Shown piece after piece: positions 1 to 8,326 of a DNA stretch of 64,000 nucleotides. Positions within the stretch are counted from its first letter, which is position 1, and the number at the start of each line of letters is the position of its first letter. The translations under genes were made by a program, and so were the position numbers. Under the pieces are notes generated by a model that saw nothing but the letters and a program-made list of their open reading frames with translations, was not told the DNA's origin and ran no database searches. Origin of the DNA: Candidatus Marinacidobacterales bacterium (GTDB lineage: Bacteria; Acidobacteriota; Vicinamibacteria; Marinacidobacterales; SMYC01); the NCBI GenBank assembly GCA_965224085.1, contig CBDCYI010000005.1:1472001-1536000 (forward strand), in the 5' to 3' direction.

Positions 1-14
1 CGCGTTGGACCATG

Positions 15-30
15 TGGCACATGACTTGCT
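15..30 (+). promoter_or_regulatory. sigma54 (-24/-12) promoter
   Basis: TGGCAC-ATGAC-TTGCT matches TGGCAC-N5-TTGCW with exact GG-N10-GC spacing. Confidence 0.7.
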
Positions 31-40
31 TTTGTGAATG

Positions 41-152
41 AGGTCTACTAACCGGACGCTCCCGCGTTGGGAAAGGGCCTAGCTCGGGAGCCCGAGCTCC
101 CTCCTATCGTAGGCACGAAAGGGGCCGAACCTGGGCAGGTTCGGCCCTTTTT
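41..152 (+). ncRNA. candidate sigma54-dependent small RNA (~110 nt)
   Basis: Lies between the sigma54 motif (15-30) and an intrinsic terminator (122-152); contains hairpins TCCC-GCGTT-GGGA and AGCTCGGG-AG-CCCGAGCT; no credible protein ORF. Confidence 0.45.
122..152 (+). terminator. Rho-independent terminator
   Basis: 11-bp stem GGGCCGAACCT/AGGTTCGGCCC, loop GGGC, followed by TTTTT. Confidence 0.85.
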
Positions 153-337
153 GTCTCTAGCGGGCCGATCGGGTCGCCTGCGCCCCGTCGAGCGCTCTAG
201 CAGACGAACCAACGCAATAACTTTTCTTTGCGCCTTTGCGTCGTTTCTTTTTCAAAAAAAAAACACGTAACGGTCTGTGCGTTTTCTTCTCGAGCGTCGT
301 TTTGACAAGACAGAGAGCCAACGGTTACTGTCAACCC

Positions 338-1486
338 GTGCCGGATCGCCGTTTCTTCGAACACCAAGAACGGCAGACGCTCGCGCCTTACGCGGCTTTC
401 AGCGGGAGCTCACGGGGTAGACGCCACGACGAACCGGAGCACCTATTTCGCACCGCTTTTCAGCGCGACCGCGACCGCGTCGTCCACTGCACGGCGTTCC
501 GCAGGCTCGAGTACAAGACGCAGGTCTTCGTCAATCATGAGGGCGACCATTACCGGACGCGGCTGACCCACTCGCTCGAGGCGGCGCTGATCGCGCGGAC
601 GATGGCGCGCTTTCTTCGGCTCAACGAGGACTTGACGGAGGCCGTCACGTTGTCGCACGACCTCGGGCACACACCTTTCGGTCACGCGGGAGAGGACGCC
701 ATGAACACTCTCATGGCAGAACATGGCGGCTTCGAGCACAACTTGCAGGCGCTCAGAATCGTAGACCACTTGGAAAAACGCTATCCGCGGTTTCGGGGTT
801 TGAATTTGACTCACGAAGTCCGAGAGGGCATCTTCAAACACTCGCCCAAGCGGAACGACGAGATTCCCGACGAGTTTCGAGACGGCCGGGAGCCCGTCCT
901 CGAAGCACAGCTCGTCGACCTCGCCGATGAGATCGCCTATACGAATCACGACCTCGAGGACGGGCTGACCTCGCGCATCCTCGAGCTGAGCTCTCTCGAT
1001 GACGTCGAGATCTGGAAGAAGCATTTCGATAAGGCGCAGAGGAAATATCCAGGAGAGTCCAACAAGATTCTGATCCGCATCACCATTCGGCGCATCATCA
1101 ACGAGCTCACTACCGATCTCATCGACGAGACGAAGCGGGGGCTCGAAGCTCTAGCGGTCGAGACCGTGGAAGACGTTCGCGAGGCCGAGCGTTTGGTGAT
1201 GTTCACTCCGAAAGTCGAAGCCAAGAAGGCGCGGCTCAAGCAGTTCTTGTTTCAAAACATGTACCGCCACTACCGCGTCGTACGCATGGCCGAGAAGGCG
1301 AAGCGGGTCATCTCCGAGCTTTTCGAGGTCTACGTTGCGAACCCCAAGCAGCTTCCGCCCCACATCTGCGCGCGCGTGCATAGCGAGGGGCTTCACCGCG
1401 TCGTGTGCGACTACATCGCAGGTATGACGGATCGCTTTGCCCTTGACGAGCACCGAAAGCTATTCGATCCCCACGAGCGGCTGTAG
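338..1486 (+). CDS. dgt: deoxyguanosinetriphosphate triphosphohydrolase (HD family)
   Basis: FQRDRDR, RRLEYKTQVF, RTRLTHSLE, HDLGHTPFGHAGE, DYIAGMTD motifs; start moved to in-frame GTG at 338. Confidence 0.93.
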   Translation: MPDRRFFEHQERQTLAPYAAFSGSSRGRRHDEPEHLFRTAFQRDRDRVVHCTAFRRLEYKTQVFVNHEGDHYRTRLTHSLEAALIARTMARFLRLNEDLTEAVTLSHDLGHTPFGHAGEDAMNTLMAEHGGFEHNLQALRIVDHLEKRYPRFRGLNLTHEVREGIFKHSPKRNDEIPDEFRDGREPVLEAQLVDLADEIAYTNHDLEDGLTSRILELSSLDDVEIWKKHFDKAQRKYPGESNKILIRITIRRIINELTTDLIDETKRGLEALAVETVEDVREAERLVMFTPKVEAKKARLKQFLFQNMYRHYRVVRMAEKAKRVISELFEVYVANPKQLPPHICARVHSEGLHRVVCDYIAGMTDRFALDEHRKLFDPHERL

Positions 1487-1607
1487 TTAGAAAGCTACAC
1501 TTCGCTGCCAACCGCGACCAGAAGCCATGACTGCGCCGTCGCGGCCATAGAGCCAAACTCTTCCCCGCCAGAGGTTTCGGGCGATCGTTCCCAGATTCTC
1601 CAAGCTC

Positions 1608-1623
1608 TGGCCCAAGTTTTGCT
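1608..1623 (+). promoter_or_regulatory. sigma54 promoter upstream of PilZ gene
   Basis: TGGCCC-AAGTT-TTGCT, GG-N10-GC spacing, ~37 nt before ATG with GAGGGAG RBS. Confidence 0.5.
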
Positions 1624-1659
1624 TCCTTTTGAGCAAACATTTTCACGAGGGAGCGTTCC

Positions 1660-2031
1660 ATGAGCCATGCTATTAACACCGACCAGCGAGAACACAGCCG
1701 ACTCCAATTGGCGCCGACGATCGTCCGAGCCGAGATCGAACAAGACGGTAAGCGCCGAGAGGGCTATCTCATCAATGTGAGCCTCGGAGGCGCCTTTCTG
1801 AGCATCGTGGACCCGCCCGCCAAAGACACCATTACAGATTTGCACATGGTGCTACCGTGGGGCATCGGCACGTGCCACGTTCAGGCGAACGCTGTCTGGG
1901 AGCAGACCGACGATCGAGAGCGCGCCATCGGCGCAGGCATTTCGTTCATCGATCTCTCGACGGACGCGAAGCACCGACTCCAGAGCTACCTCGATCGCTT
2001 CAAAGAGCTGTCCACTGAATTCGTGGATTAA
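1660..2031 (+). CDS. stand-alone PilZ domain protein (c-di-GMP receptor)
   Basis: RxxxR (REHSR) and NxSxGG (NVSLGG) motifs, GAGISF C-terminal strand. Confidence 0.85.
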   Translation: MSHAINTDQREHSRLQLAPTIVRAEIEQDGKRREGYLINVSLGGAFLSIVDPPAKDTITDLHMVLPWGIGTCHVQANAVWEQTDDRERAIGAGISFIDLSTDAKHRLQSYLDRFKELSTEFVD

Positions 2032-2077
2032 ATAGCGCTGCGCACAACTCAGAAACAACTATTGACGCGGAGCTATT

Positions 2078-2533
2078 TCAAGAAGCGCGTTTGCGGACCT
2101 TCTTGATTCCCTTGGCACGGCCGAGATGCTCGAGCAATTGAAGGAAGTCGTCGCGAAGCGTTTCGTTCTTCGACAAGTGACGCCAAGCTGTCAACAGACG
2201 CCGCTCCCGAGGATCTCCCGGCGTGGCCCGCGACTTGTCGCGTTCGTCGGGCAGAAAGTACGCGACCGGCGTATCCAAGGCTTCGGCGATCTTGTGCAAC
2301 CAGTCGAGCGAAATTCGCCGCCGGCCTTTCTCGAAATTGGTCAACGCGCCCGGCGAAATGCCCACCATACCCGCTAAGACTTTTTGACGAATGCGCTTCG
2401 ACTTACGCACCTCGCGAATCGTCTCCCCGACTTGCAATTCTCGACTCGATGTCACTTTTGAACTCACCTCTCTAGATGCGATTGGCTTTTGGCCCACCGG
2501 CATCGCAACCGCCATTTCGGTCCCCGCAGCCAT
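2078..2533 (-). CDS. XRE-family HTH transcriptional regulator
   Basis: GETIREVRKSKRIRQKVLAGMVGISPGALTNFEKGRRRI HTH; ATG at 2533 preceded by AAGGAG. Confidence 0.85.
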   Translation of the reverse strand: MAAGTEMAVAMPVGQKPIASREVSSKVTSSRELQVGETIREVRKSKRIRQKVLAGMVGISPGALTNFEKGRRRISLDWLHKIAEALDTPVAYFLPDERDKSRATPGDPRERRLLTAWRHLSKNETLRDDFLQLLEHLGRAKGIKKVRKRAS

Positions 2534-2676
2534 AATGTCTCCTTTTATACTCGGATTGAAATCCGCGACCGCCTGAATTTTTCCGAAACATAACACCAGA
2601 AAAGCATCGAACACAACTGGGGATTTCCCTAGGGGTGTAGGGATTTTTATTCCAAAGCGAACAAGACCCGTTTCGC

Positions 2677-2724
2677 CTACGAGCTTGGGGACACCGCCGT
2701 ATCTTCTAATGTATCAGGACTTAG
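2677..2724 (-). pseudogene. displaced original 3' end of lipoprotein gene 6699-7268
   Basis: Joining TTAG 2721-2724 to TTAG 6746-6749 restores the frame ...GLEKF-LSPDTLEDTAVSPSS-TAG. Confidence 0.7.
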
Positions 2725-3360
2725 TCCGCTAATAAACGCGCCGCCTCTGGCGGCGTGACCCGAAGAGCTTCGAGCGATCCGGCGTGTGCTAGGTTCCCCC
2801 TCCGGGAAGACCCTGTGGGGCCTCCGAAAGGAGAACCTGCATGCACGAATGGAAAAGCCTGTCGCATGTGCGATGGGAATGCAAGTACCACGTGGTGATC
2901 ATCCCCAAGTATCGTAGAAGGGTGTTATATGGGGACCTTCGGCGTCGCGTGGGGCGAATTCTTCGAGAGCTTTGTGAGCAGAGAGGAGTAGAACTGATAG
3001 AAGGCAACGCGCAACCGGACCACATCCACCTGTGTATGAGCATCCCTCCCAAGTACAGCGTATCTCACACGATCGGTTTTCTGAAAGGGAAGAGTGCGGT
3101 ACGCATCCACCGAGAATTGCTGAAAGAACGTCGTATGACGGGCTTGCATTTTTGGGCGAAGGGGTACTGTGTGAGTACGGTTGGCCTTTACGAGGAGCGA
3201 ATAAGAAAGTACATCCGGGAGCAAGAAAAGCTTGAGTCTCGCCAAGGTGATCTCGACCTGAGTTAACGAGAGACGGCCCCAACGGGGCCTTCCCAACGTC
3301 ATCGGCCCCCTCGGAGGGGCCTTCCTAAACCCACGCCCTATGGGCGTGGTCGGTTAGTTA
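2725..3360 (+). mobile_element. IS200/IS605-family element (tnpA only); last bases of right end displaced to 6743-6749
   Basis: Inserted 3' of TTAG; subterminal hairpins CGCCGCC-TCT-GGCGGCG (~2738-2756) and CCACGCCC-TAT-GGGCGTGG (~3331-3349); no tnpB. Confidence 0.85.
2841..3266 (+). CDS. tnpA: IS200/IS605 Y1 (HUH) transposase
   Basis: CKYHVVIIPKYRR, DHIH (HUH), FWAKGYCVSTVG, YIREQ (catalytic Tyr). Confidence 0.95.
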   Translation: MHEWKSLSHVRWECKYHVVIIPKYRRRVLYGDLRRRVGRILRELCEQRGVELIEGNAQPDHIHLCMSIPPKYSVSHTIGFLKGKSAVRIHRELLKERRMTGLHFWAKGYCVSTVGLYEERIRKYIREQEKLESRQGDLDLS

Positions 3361-5052
3361 GTTCCTGTCCAGAAACACCATAACTTGTGGTGTACGAGAG
3401 GCCTATCGAAGATGTGGGTATTATACGTTTTCAGTCGGCACCTCGTAGGCTCGGAAGCGAATGAAAATCTTGGACGAAACGAGAGGCGAATCGTCAGCAA
3501 TCCATGGCTATAAACGCAGTAAGAGTAATCATTATTATCGTAATAGGTGCCTTGCCATTACCAACAGGTTGCAGGTGATGATGGAACTCCATACGTAGGA
3601 TTTGAAAGAAGGCAATGAGCGCCATGTGCATCGGTCGAGACCAAAGACTCGTTTCAAGAACGAAATGACGCCTTCGATTCCGCAGCGAAATCGCCGTAGG
3701 CGTTGATAGACCCAGGAACTCTTGACCATATCGGTCACCGCGAAGTGAGCCTTGGTAAAGGCAACATCTTCAACTCCCTTGCCTTTGATGGCTTCCAAGT
3801 TTGCCTTTGAAGAAAACGCGCCATCGTAGGCAACCTGGCGCGGGGCCCGTTCGTAGAGTTCGACTTGACGGTCGATCATGGTTTCCGCGAGAGTTGAATC
3901 GGACGGATTCCCATCCAAGATCACGCAATCCAAAATCATCGAGGACGAGCCACCAGTCAAACACACCTTGTGACCGTAGAGAGTCTCGCGCCGGTCTTTG
4001 CGAATAATGTCGGTGTGTTCTTCGAAGATCGAAACGACCTTTTCCTCCGCAGGCACACGCTCTTCATCAATCACTCTACGCCGAGTTTGGTTGATGACTT
4101 TTTCGGTGAGGACGAGAAAGTGCTTAAAATCCGCGGCGATCTTCTCCGCACTCGCTCGCTTCACCGGCTCGGTCAAGCCGGACTCGTCCAACTGGTCTGC
4201 AACGCGTTGAGCGGAGCGATAGGTTTCTTCCGACACCTTCAGTAGATCTCGATAGACGCGACGCCTTTGTTCCTTATCCTTCGCGTTTAGAACTCCCAGT
4301 CGACGTCTCTTCGCTCGACGCGTTCGATTGCCGAAGACCACTACTGTACCCAGCAGTTCGCGAGTTCGGCACATGAGGCGAGTGAGAACTCGGACGCAGT
4401 CATAAAGAAGCTCGGAGTCCGTAGGAGAATGAATATTCGACTCCACTACCGTGCAGTCCACTCGTACTTTTCTTCCTTTTTCGATCGCGGTCTTCTCGGC
4501 AACACTCACCAACTCTCGGTTGATTTTCTCCAGCGTTTCGAACTTCACGGCTTTGATGTTTGCTGCTAGGGTCGACTTCGACGGGCTCGGCTCTATGATG
4601 CCGAGCTGGCAAAACGTCCGATAGCTTCGAGAGTCTGCCAAGTGAAACGCCAGCTCCCGATAGGTGAACTGATTCAGCTGCTTGACCAACAACGCCCGGA
4701 GAACCTGCTCCGCGCTCATTCCCCCACGACCAACATCGCTCCCTGCCGATGGGGTGACCGACCTCAGGTCTTGCAGTACCAGCTCATTGAGCTTAGGATG
4801 GGCATCGAGCAGCGATGATATCGTTTCGAGCTCGCGTGCGTGCTCCAGCTCCAGCCAGGGCTCGCGAAGGCTTGGTTGTGGGTTGATCGTTTTTCGCATT
4901 TAGGGCTGGTCTCCTTTGGAGTTAAGTCGTTTAGAATCTGCGTTTTTGTCGACTCGATACTAAACGACACTCCCTCAGAAGGCTAGCCCTAAATTTGCGA
5001 TTACCAGAAGTGCCCTTTTTTCTCAACCTCTTACACCTGTCAGGACGGGTAC
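3361..5052 (-). mobile_element. DDE insertion sequence, copy 1 (ISNCY/IS5-like, 1692 bp)
   Basis: Imperfect TIRs GTTCCTGTCC / GGACGGGTAC; flanked by TAGTTA at 3355-3360 and 5053-5058. Confidence 0.9.
3535..4899 (-). CDS. DDE transposase (ISNCY/IS5-like), 454 aa
   Basis: RVDCTVVESNIHSPTDS, GNPSDS, AYDGAF, RCGIEGVISFLKR motifs. Confidence 0.92.
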   Translation of the reverse strand: MRKTINPQPSLREPWLELEHARELETISSLLDAHPKLNELVLQDLRSVTPSAGSDVGRGGMSAEQVLRALLVKQLNQFTYRELAFHLADSRSYRTFCQLGIIEPSPSKSTLAANIKAVKFETLEKINRELVSVAEKTAIEKGRKVRVDCTVVESNIHSPTDSELLYDCVRVLTRLMCRTRELLGTVVVFGNRTRRAKRRRLGVLNAKDKEQRRRVYRDLLKVSEETYRSAQRVADQLDESGLTEPVKRASAEKIAADFKHFLVLTEKVINQTRRRVIDEERVPAEEKVVSIFEEHTDIIRKDRRETLYGHKVCLTGGSSSMILDCVILDGNPSDSTLAETMIDRQVELYERAPRQVAYDGAFSSKANLEAIKGKGVEDVAFTKAHFAVTDMVKSSWVYQRLRRFRCGIEGVISFLKRVFGLDRCTWRSLPSFKSYVWSSIITCNLLVMARHLLR

Positions 5053-5058
5053 TAGTTA

Positions 5059-6742
5059 GTTCCTGTCCAGAAACACCATAACTTGTGGTGTACGAGAGGC
5101 CTATCGAAGATGTGGGTATTATACGTTTTCAGCCGGCACCTCGTAGGCTCGGAAGCGAATGAAAATCTTGGACGAAACGAGAGGCGAATCGTCAGCAATC
5201 CATGGCTATAAACGCAGTAAGAGTAATCATTATTATCGTAATAGGTGCCTTGCCATTACCAACAGGTTGCAGGTGATGATGGAACTCCATACGTAGGATT
5301 TGAAAGAAGGCAATGAGCGCCATGTGCATCGGTCGAGACCAAAGACTCGTTTCAAGAACGAAATGACGCCTTCGATTCCGCAGCGAAATCGCCGTAGGCG
5401 TTGATAGACCCAGGAACTCTTGACCATATCGGTCACCGCGAAGTGAGCCTTGGTAAAGGCAACATCTTCAACTCCCTTGCCTTTGATGGCTTCCAAGTTT
5501 GCCTTTGAAGAAAACGCGCCATCGTAGGCAACCTGGCGCGGGGCCCGTTCGTAGAGTTCGACTTGACGGTCGATCATGGTTTCCGCGAGAGTTGAATCGG
5601 ACGGATTCCCATCCAAGATCACGCAATCCAAAATCATCGAGGACGAGCCACCAGTCAAACACACCTTGTGACCGTAGAGAGTCTCGCGCCGGTCTTTGCG
5701 AATAATGTCGGTGTGTTCTTCGAAGATCGAAACGACCTTTTCCTCCGCAGGCACACGCTCTTCATCAATCACTCTACGCCGAGTTTGGTTGATGACTTTT
5801 TCGGTGAGGACGAGAAAGTGCTTAAAATCCGCGGCGATCTTCTCCGCACTCGCTCGCTTCACCGGCTCGGTCAAGCCGGACTCGTCCAACTGGTCTGCAA
5901 CGCGTTGAGCGGAGCGATAGGTTTCTTCCGACACCTTCAGTAGATCTCGATAGACGCGACGCCTTTGTTCCTTATCCTTCGCGTTTAGAACTCCCAGTCG
6001 ACGTCTCTTCGCTCGACGCGTTCGATTGCCGAAGACCACTACTGTACCCAGCAGTTCGCGAGTTCGGCACATGAGGCGAGTGAGAACTCGGACGCAGTCA
6101 TAAAGAAGCTCGGAGTCCGTAGGAGAATGAATATTCGACTCCACTACCGTGCAGTCCACTCGTACTTTTCTTCCTTTTTCGATCGCGGTCTTCTCGGCAA
6201 CACTCACCAACTCTCGGTTGATTTTCTCCAGCGTTTCGAACTTCACGGCTTTGATGTTTGCTGCTAGGGTCGACTTCGACGGGCTCGGCTCTATGATGCC
6301 GAGCTGGCAAAACGTCCGATAGCTTCGAGAGTCTGCCAAGTGAAACGCCAGCTCCCGATAGGTGAACTGATTCAGCTGCTTGACCAACAACGCCCGGAGA
6401 ACCTGCTCCGCGCTCATTCCCCCACGACCAACATCGCTCCCTGCCGATGGGGTGACCGACCTCAGGTCTTGCAGTACCAGCTCATTGAGCTTAGGATGGG
6501 CATCGAGCAGCGATGATATCGTTTCGAGCTCGCGTGCGTGCTCCAGCTCCAGCCAGGGCTCGCGAAGGCTTGGTTGTGGGTTGATCGTTTTTCGCATTTA
6601 GGGCTGGTCTCCTTTGGAGTTAAGTCGTTTAGAATCTGCGTTTTTGTCGACTCGATACTAAACGACACTCCCTCAGAAGGCTAGCCCTAAATTTGCGATT
6701 ACCCCTTTTTTCTCAACCTCTTACACCTGTCAGGACGGGTAC
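5059..6742 (-). mobile_element. DDE insertion sequence, copy 2 (1684 bp)
   Basis: Direct tandem copy; same TIRs; TAGTTA at 5053-5058 and 6743-6748; differs from copy 1 by a SNP (~5133) and an 8-bp deletion (~6703). Confidence 0.9.
5233..6597 (-). CDS. DDE transposase, identical protein to 3535-4899
   Basis: Identical translation in the ORF track. Confidence 0.92.
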   Translation of the reverse strand: MRKTINPQPSLREPWLELEHARELETISSLLDAHPKLNELVLQDLRSVTPSAGSDVGRGGMSAEQVLRALLVKQLNQFTYRELAFHLADSRSYRTFCQLGIIEPSPSKSTLAANIKAVKFETLEKINRELVSVAEKTAIEKGRKVRVDCTVVESNIHSPTDSELLYDCVRVLTRLMCRTRELLGTVVVFGNRTRRAKRRRLGVLNAKDKEQRRRVYRDLLKVSEETYRSAQRVADQLDESGLTEPVKRASAEKIAADFKHFLVLTEKVINQTRRRVIDEERVPAEEKVVSIFEEHTDIIRKDRRETLYGHKVCLTGGSSSMILDCVILDGNPSDSTLAETMIDRQVELYERAPRQVAYDGAFSSKANLEAIKGKGVEDVAFTKAHFAVTDMVKSSWVYQRLRRFRCGIEGVISFLKRVFGLDRCTWRSLPSFKSYVWSSIITCNLLVMARHLLR

Positions 6743-7268
6743 TAGTTAGGAACTTCTCGAGCCCGGGAGCGCCGATCTGCTTCGGGACCTGCATATGGCC
6801 GAGATTCTGCCAGCTCGATGGGCCGACGCGAACGAAAATGTCGACGGTGACTTCCTCCCATTTCTCATTGACAAACATTTGCTCGGGGGCGTCCTTGGAG
6901 ATGACATTCTTGTCCGAACGGAGGGTGATCACATCGGAAGCTTCGCCGGGTTTTATGGGCTCTTCGGAGACCGAGTAAGTGAAGGCGTTACCCCAGGGTT
7001 CGTCGGGCAAAAGCTCTCGCTTGAAGACGGCCATGGCTTGAATGTAGCCGACTTCTTGCTCCGCACGGTTCATCACGCGGAAGCGAACGACGGGATGAAT
7101 AAAGTTGTTCCCTTCCTCGTCCTTCCCAAGGACCGCCCAATAGGATGTGAAGTCCTCGAGACGCAGGTTCTGAAGCAGTGCCTCGCTCTCGGCATCCGTG
7201 CACGACACCGCAGAGAGCGAAAGGACTCCGGCCAAAAATTGACAGAGCACAACGCGCTTCATTAACAT
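6699..7268 (-). CDS. hypothetical lipoprotein, C-terminus replaced by IS sequence
   Basis: Signal peptide ending in lipobox-like AVSC; last ~15 codons read into the IS end. Confidence 0.7.
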   Translation of the reverse strand: MLMKRVVLCQFLAGVLSLSAVSCTDAESEALLQNLRLEDFTSYWAVLGKDEEGNNFIHPVVRFRVMNRAEQEVGYIQAMAVFKRELLPDEPWGNAFTYSVSEEPIKPGEASDVITLRSDKNVISKDAPEQMFVNEKWEEVTVDIFVRVGPSSWQNLGHMQVPKQIGAPGLEKFLTSTRPDRCKRLRKKG

Positions 7269-7384
7269 TCCACGCTTCCAGCGAGACGTATGCCAGCGAG
7301 ACGTATATTAGCTGCAATTGACCCGTTGGTCGCCCGCCTCTTTAGGCCGATTATACTCCACCGCCGCGCCGGAAAGTCCCGCAA

Positions 7385-8326
7385 GTGATCGAAGTCGAGA
7401 ACGTCACCAAAGAATACGGGACTTTCACAGCGGTCAAGAACCTGAGTTTCTCAGTGGGCCGGGGCGAGATCCTCGGTTTTCTCGGTCCGAACGGCGCGGG
7501 CAAGACGACGACCATGCGCGTTCTGACCGGATTCTTTCCGCCCACGACAGGCGCAGCTCGCGTCGCCGGCCACGACGTTGTCGAGGCGCCTCTCGAAGCA
7601 AAAGCGAAGATCGGCTATCTGCCCGAGAATCCGCCGCTCTACCCGGAAATGAGCGTGCTCGACTATCTGCGCTTCGCCGCCCAAATCAAAGGCGTGGCTA
7701 GGAAAGTGCGGGCATCGCGGGTGGATGGCGTGGTCGAGCGATGTCAATTGCAGGAAGTCCGCGACAAGCTGACGGGGCATTTGTCGAAAGGCTACCGCCA
7801 GCGAGTCGGGATCGCCCAAGCCCTCGTCCACGACCCCGAGGTGCTCGTCCTCGACGAGCCCACGGCCGGGCTCGATCCTAAGCAAATCGGCGAGACGCGC
7901 GAACTCATCAAGACCCTCGGCGGCGATCACACCGTGATCTTGTCGACCCACATACTTCCCGAAGTCTCGATAACGTGCGACCACGTTGCAATCATCAACC
8001 GTGGGCAGCTCGTGGCCCACGGAACGCCCGAAAGCCTCACCGAGCAGTTTCGTACCACGAGCGTGGTCGACATCACCGTGCAAGGCGAGCCCGCGAATGT
8101 CGCGGACGTGCTTTCGAGCTTCACAGACGTCTTGGGTTTCGAAAGACAGGAGCGCGGCGAAACGGGAGCGACCTCGTGGCGTCTTGAGATCGCCGAAGGC
8201 GCCGACGTGCGACGCGCTCTCTCCGAGCAGATCGTCGCACGAGGGCTCGGTCTTGTCGAGCTCCGCCGGTCGGGCGTCATCCTCGAGGAGATCTACCTCC
8301 GCGCCATCAGCGAGGTCGATCAATAG
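7385..8326 (+). CDS. ABC transporter ATP-binding protein (GldA-like)
   Basis: [30 protein letters not shown]. Confidence 0.92.
   Translation: MIEVENVTKEYGTFTAVKNLSFSVGRGEILGFLGPNGAGKTTTMRVLTGFFPPTTGAARVAGHDVVEAPLEAKAKIGYLPENPPLYPEMSVLDYLRFAAQIKGVARKVRASRVDGVVERCQLQEVRDKLTGHLSKGYRQRVGIAQALVHDPEVLVLDEPTAGLDPKQIGETRELIKTLGGDHTVILSTHILPEVSITCDHVAIINRGQLVAHGTPESLTEQFRTTSVVDITVQGEPANVADVLSSFTDVLGFERQERGETGATSWRLEIAEGADVRRALSEQIVARGLGLVELRRSGVILEEIYLRAISEVDQ

Noticed and set aside
67-337. ORF 67-270 and the N-terminal extension of dgt from 236
   Set aside because: They run through a terminator and A/T tracts, use TTG starts and show no protein-like features
3267-3360. TnpB or omega-RNA associated with the IS200 element
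   Set aside because: Only ~90 nt with three short hairpins follow tnpA; no tnpB ORF or remnant
3361-6742. Composite transposon formed by the two IS copies
   Set aside because: Only the 6-bp target lies between them; there is no cargo
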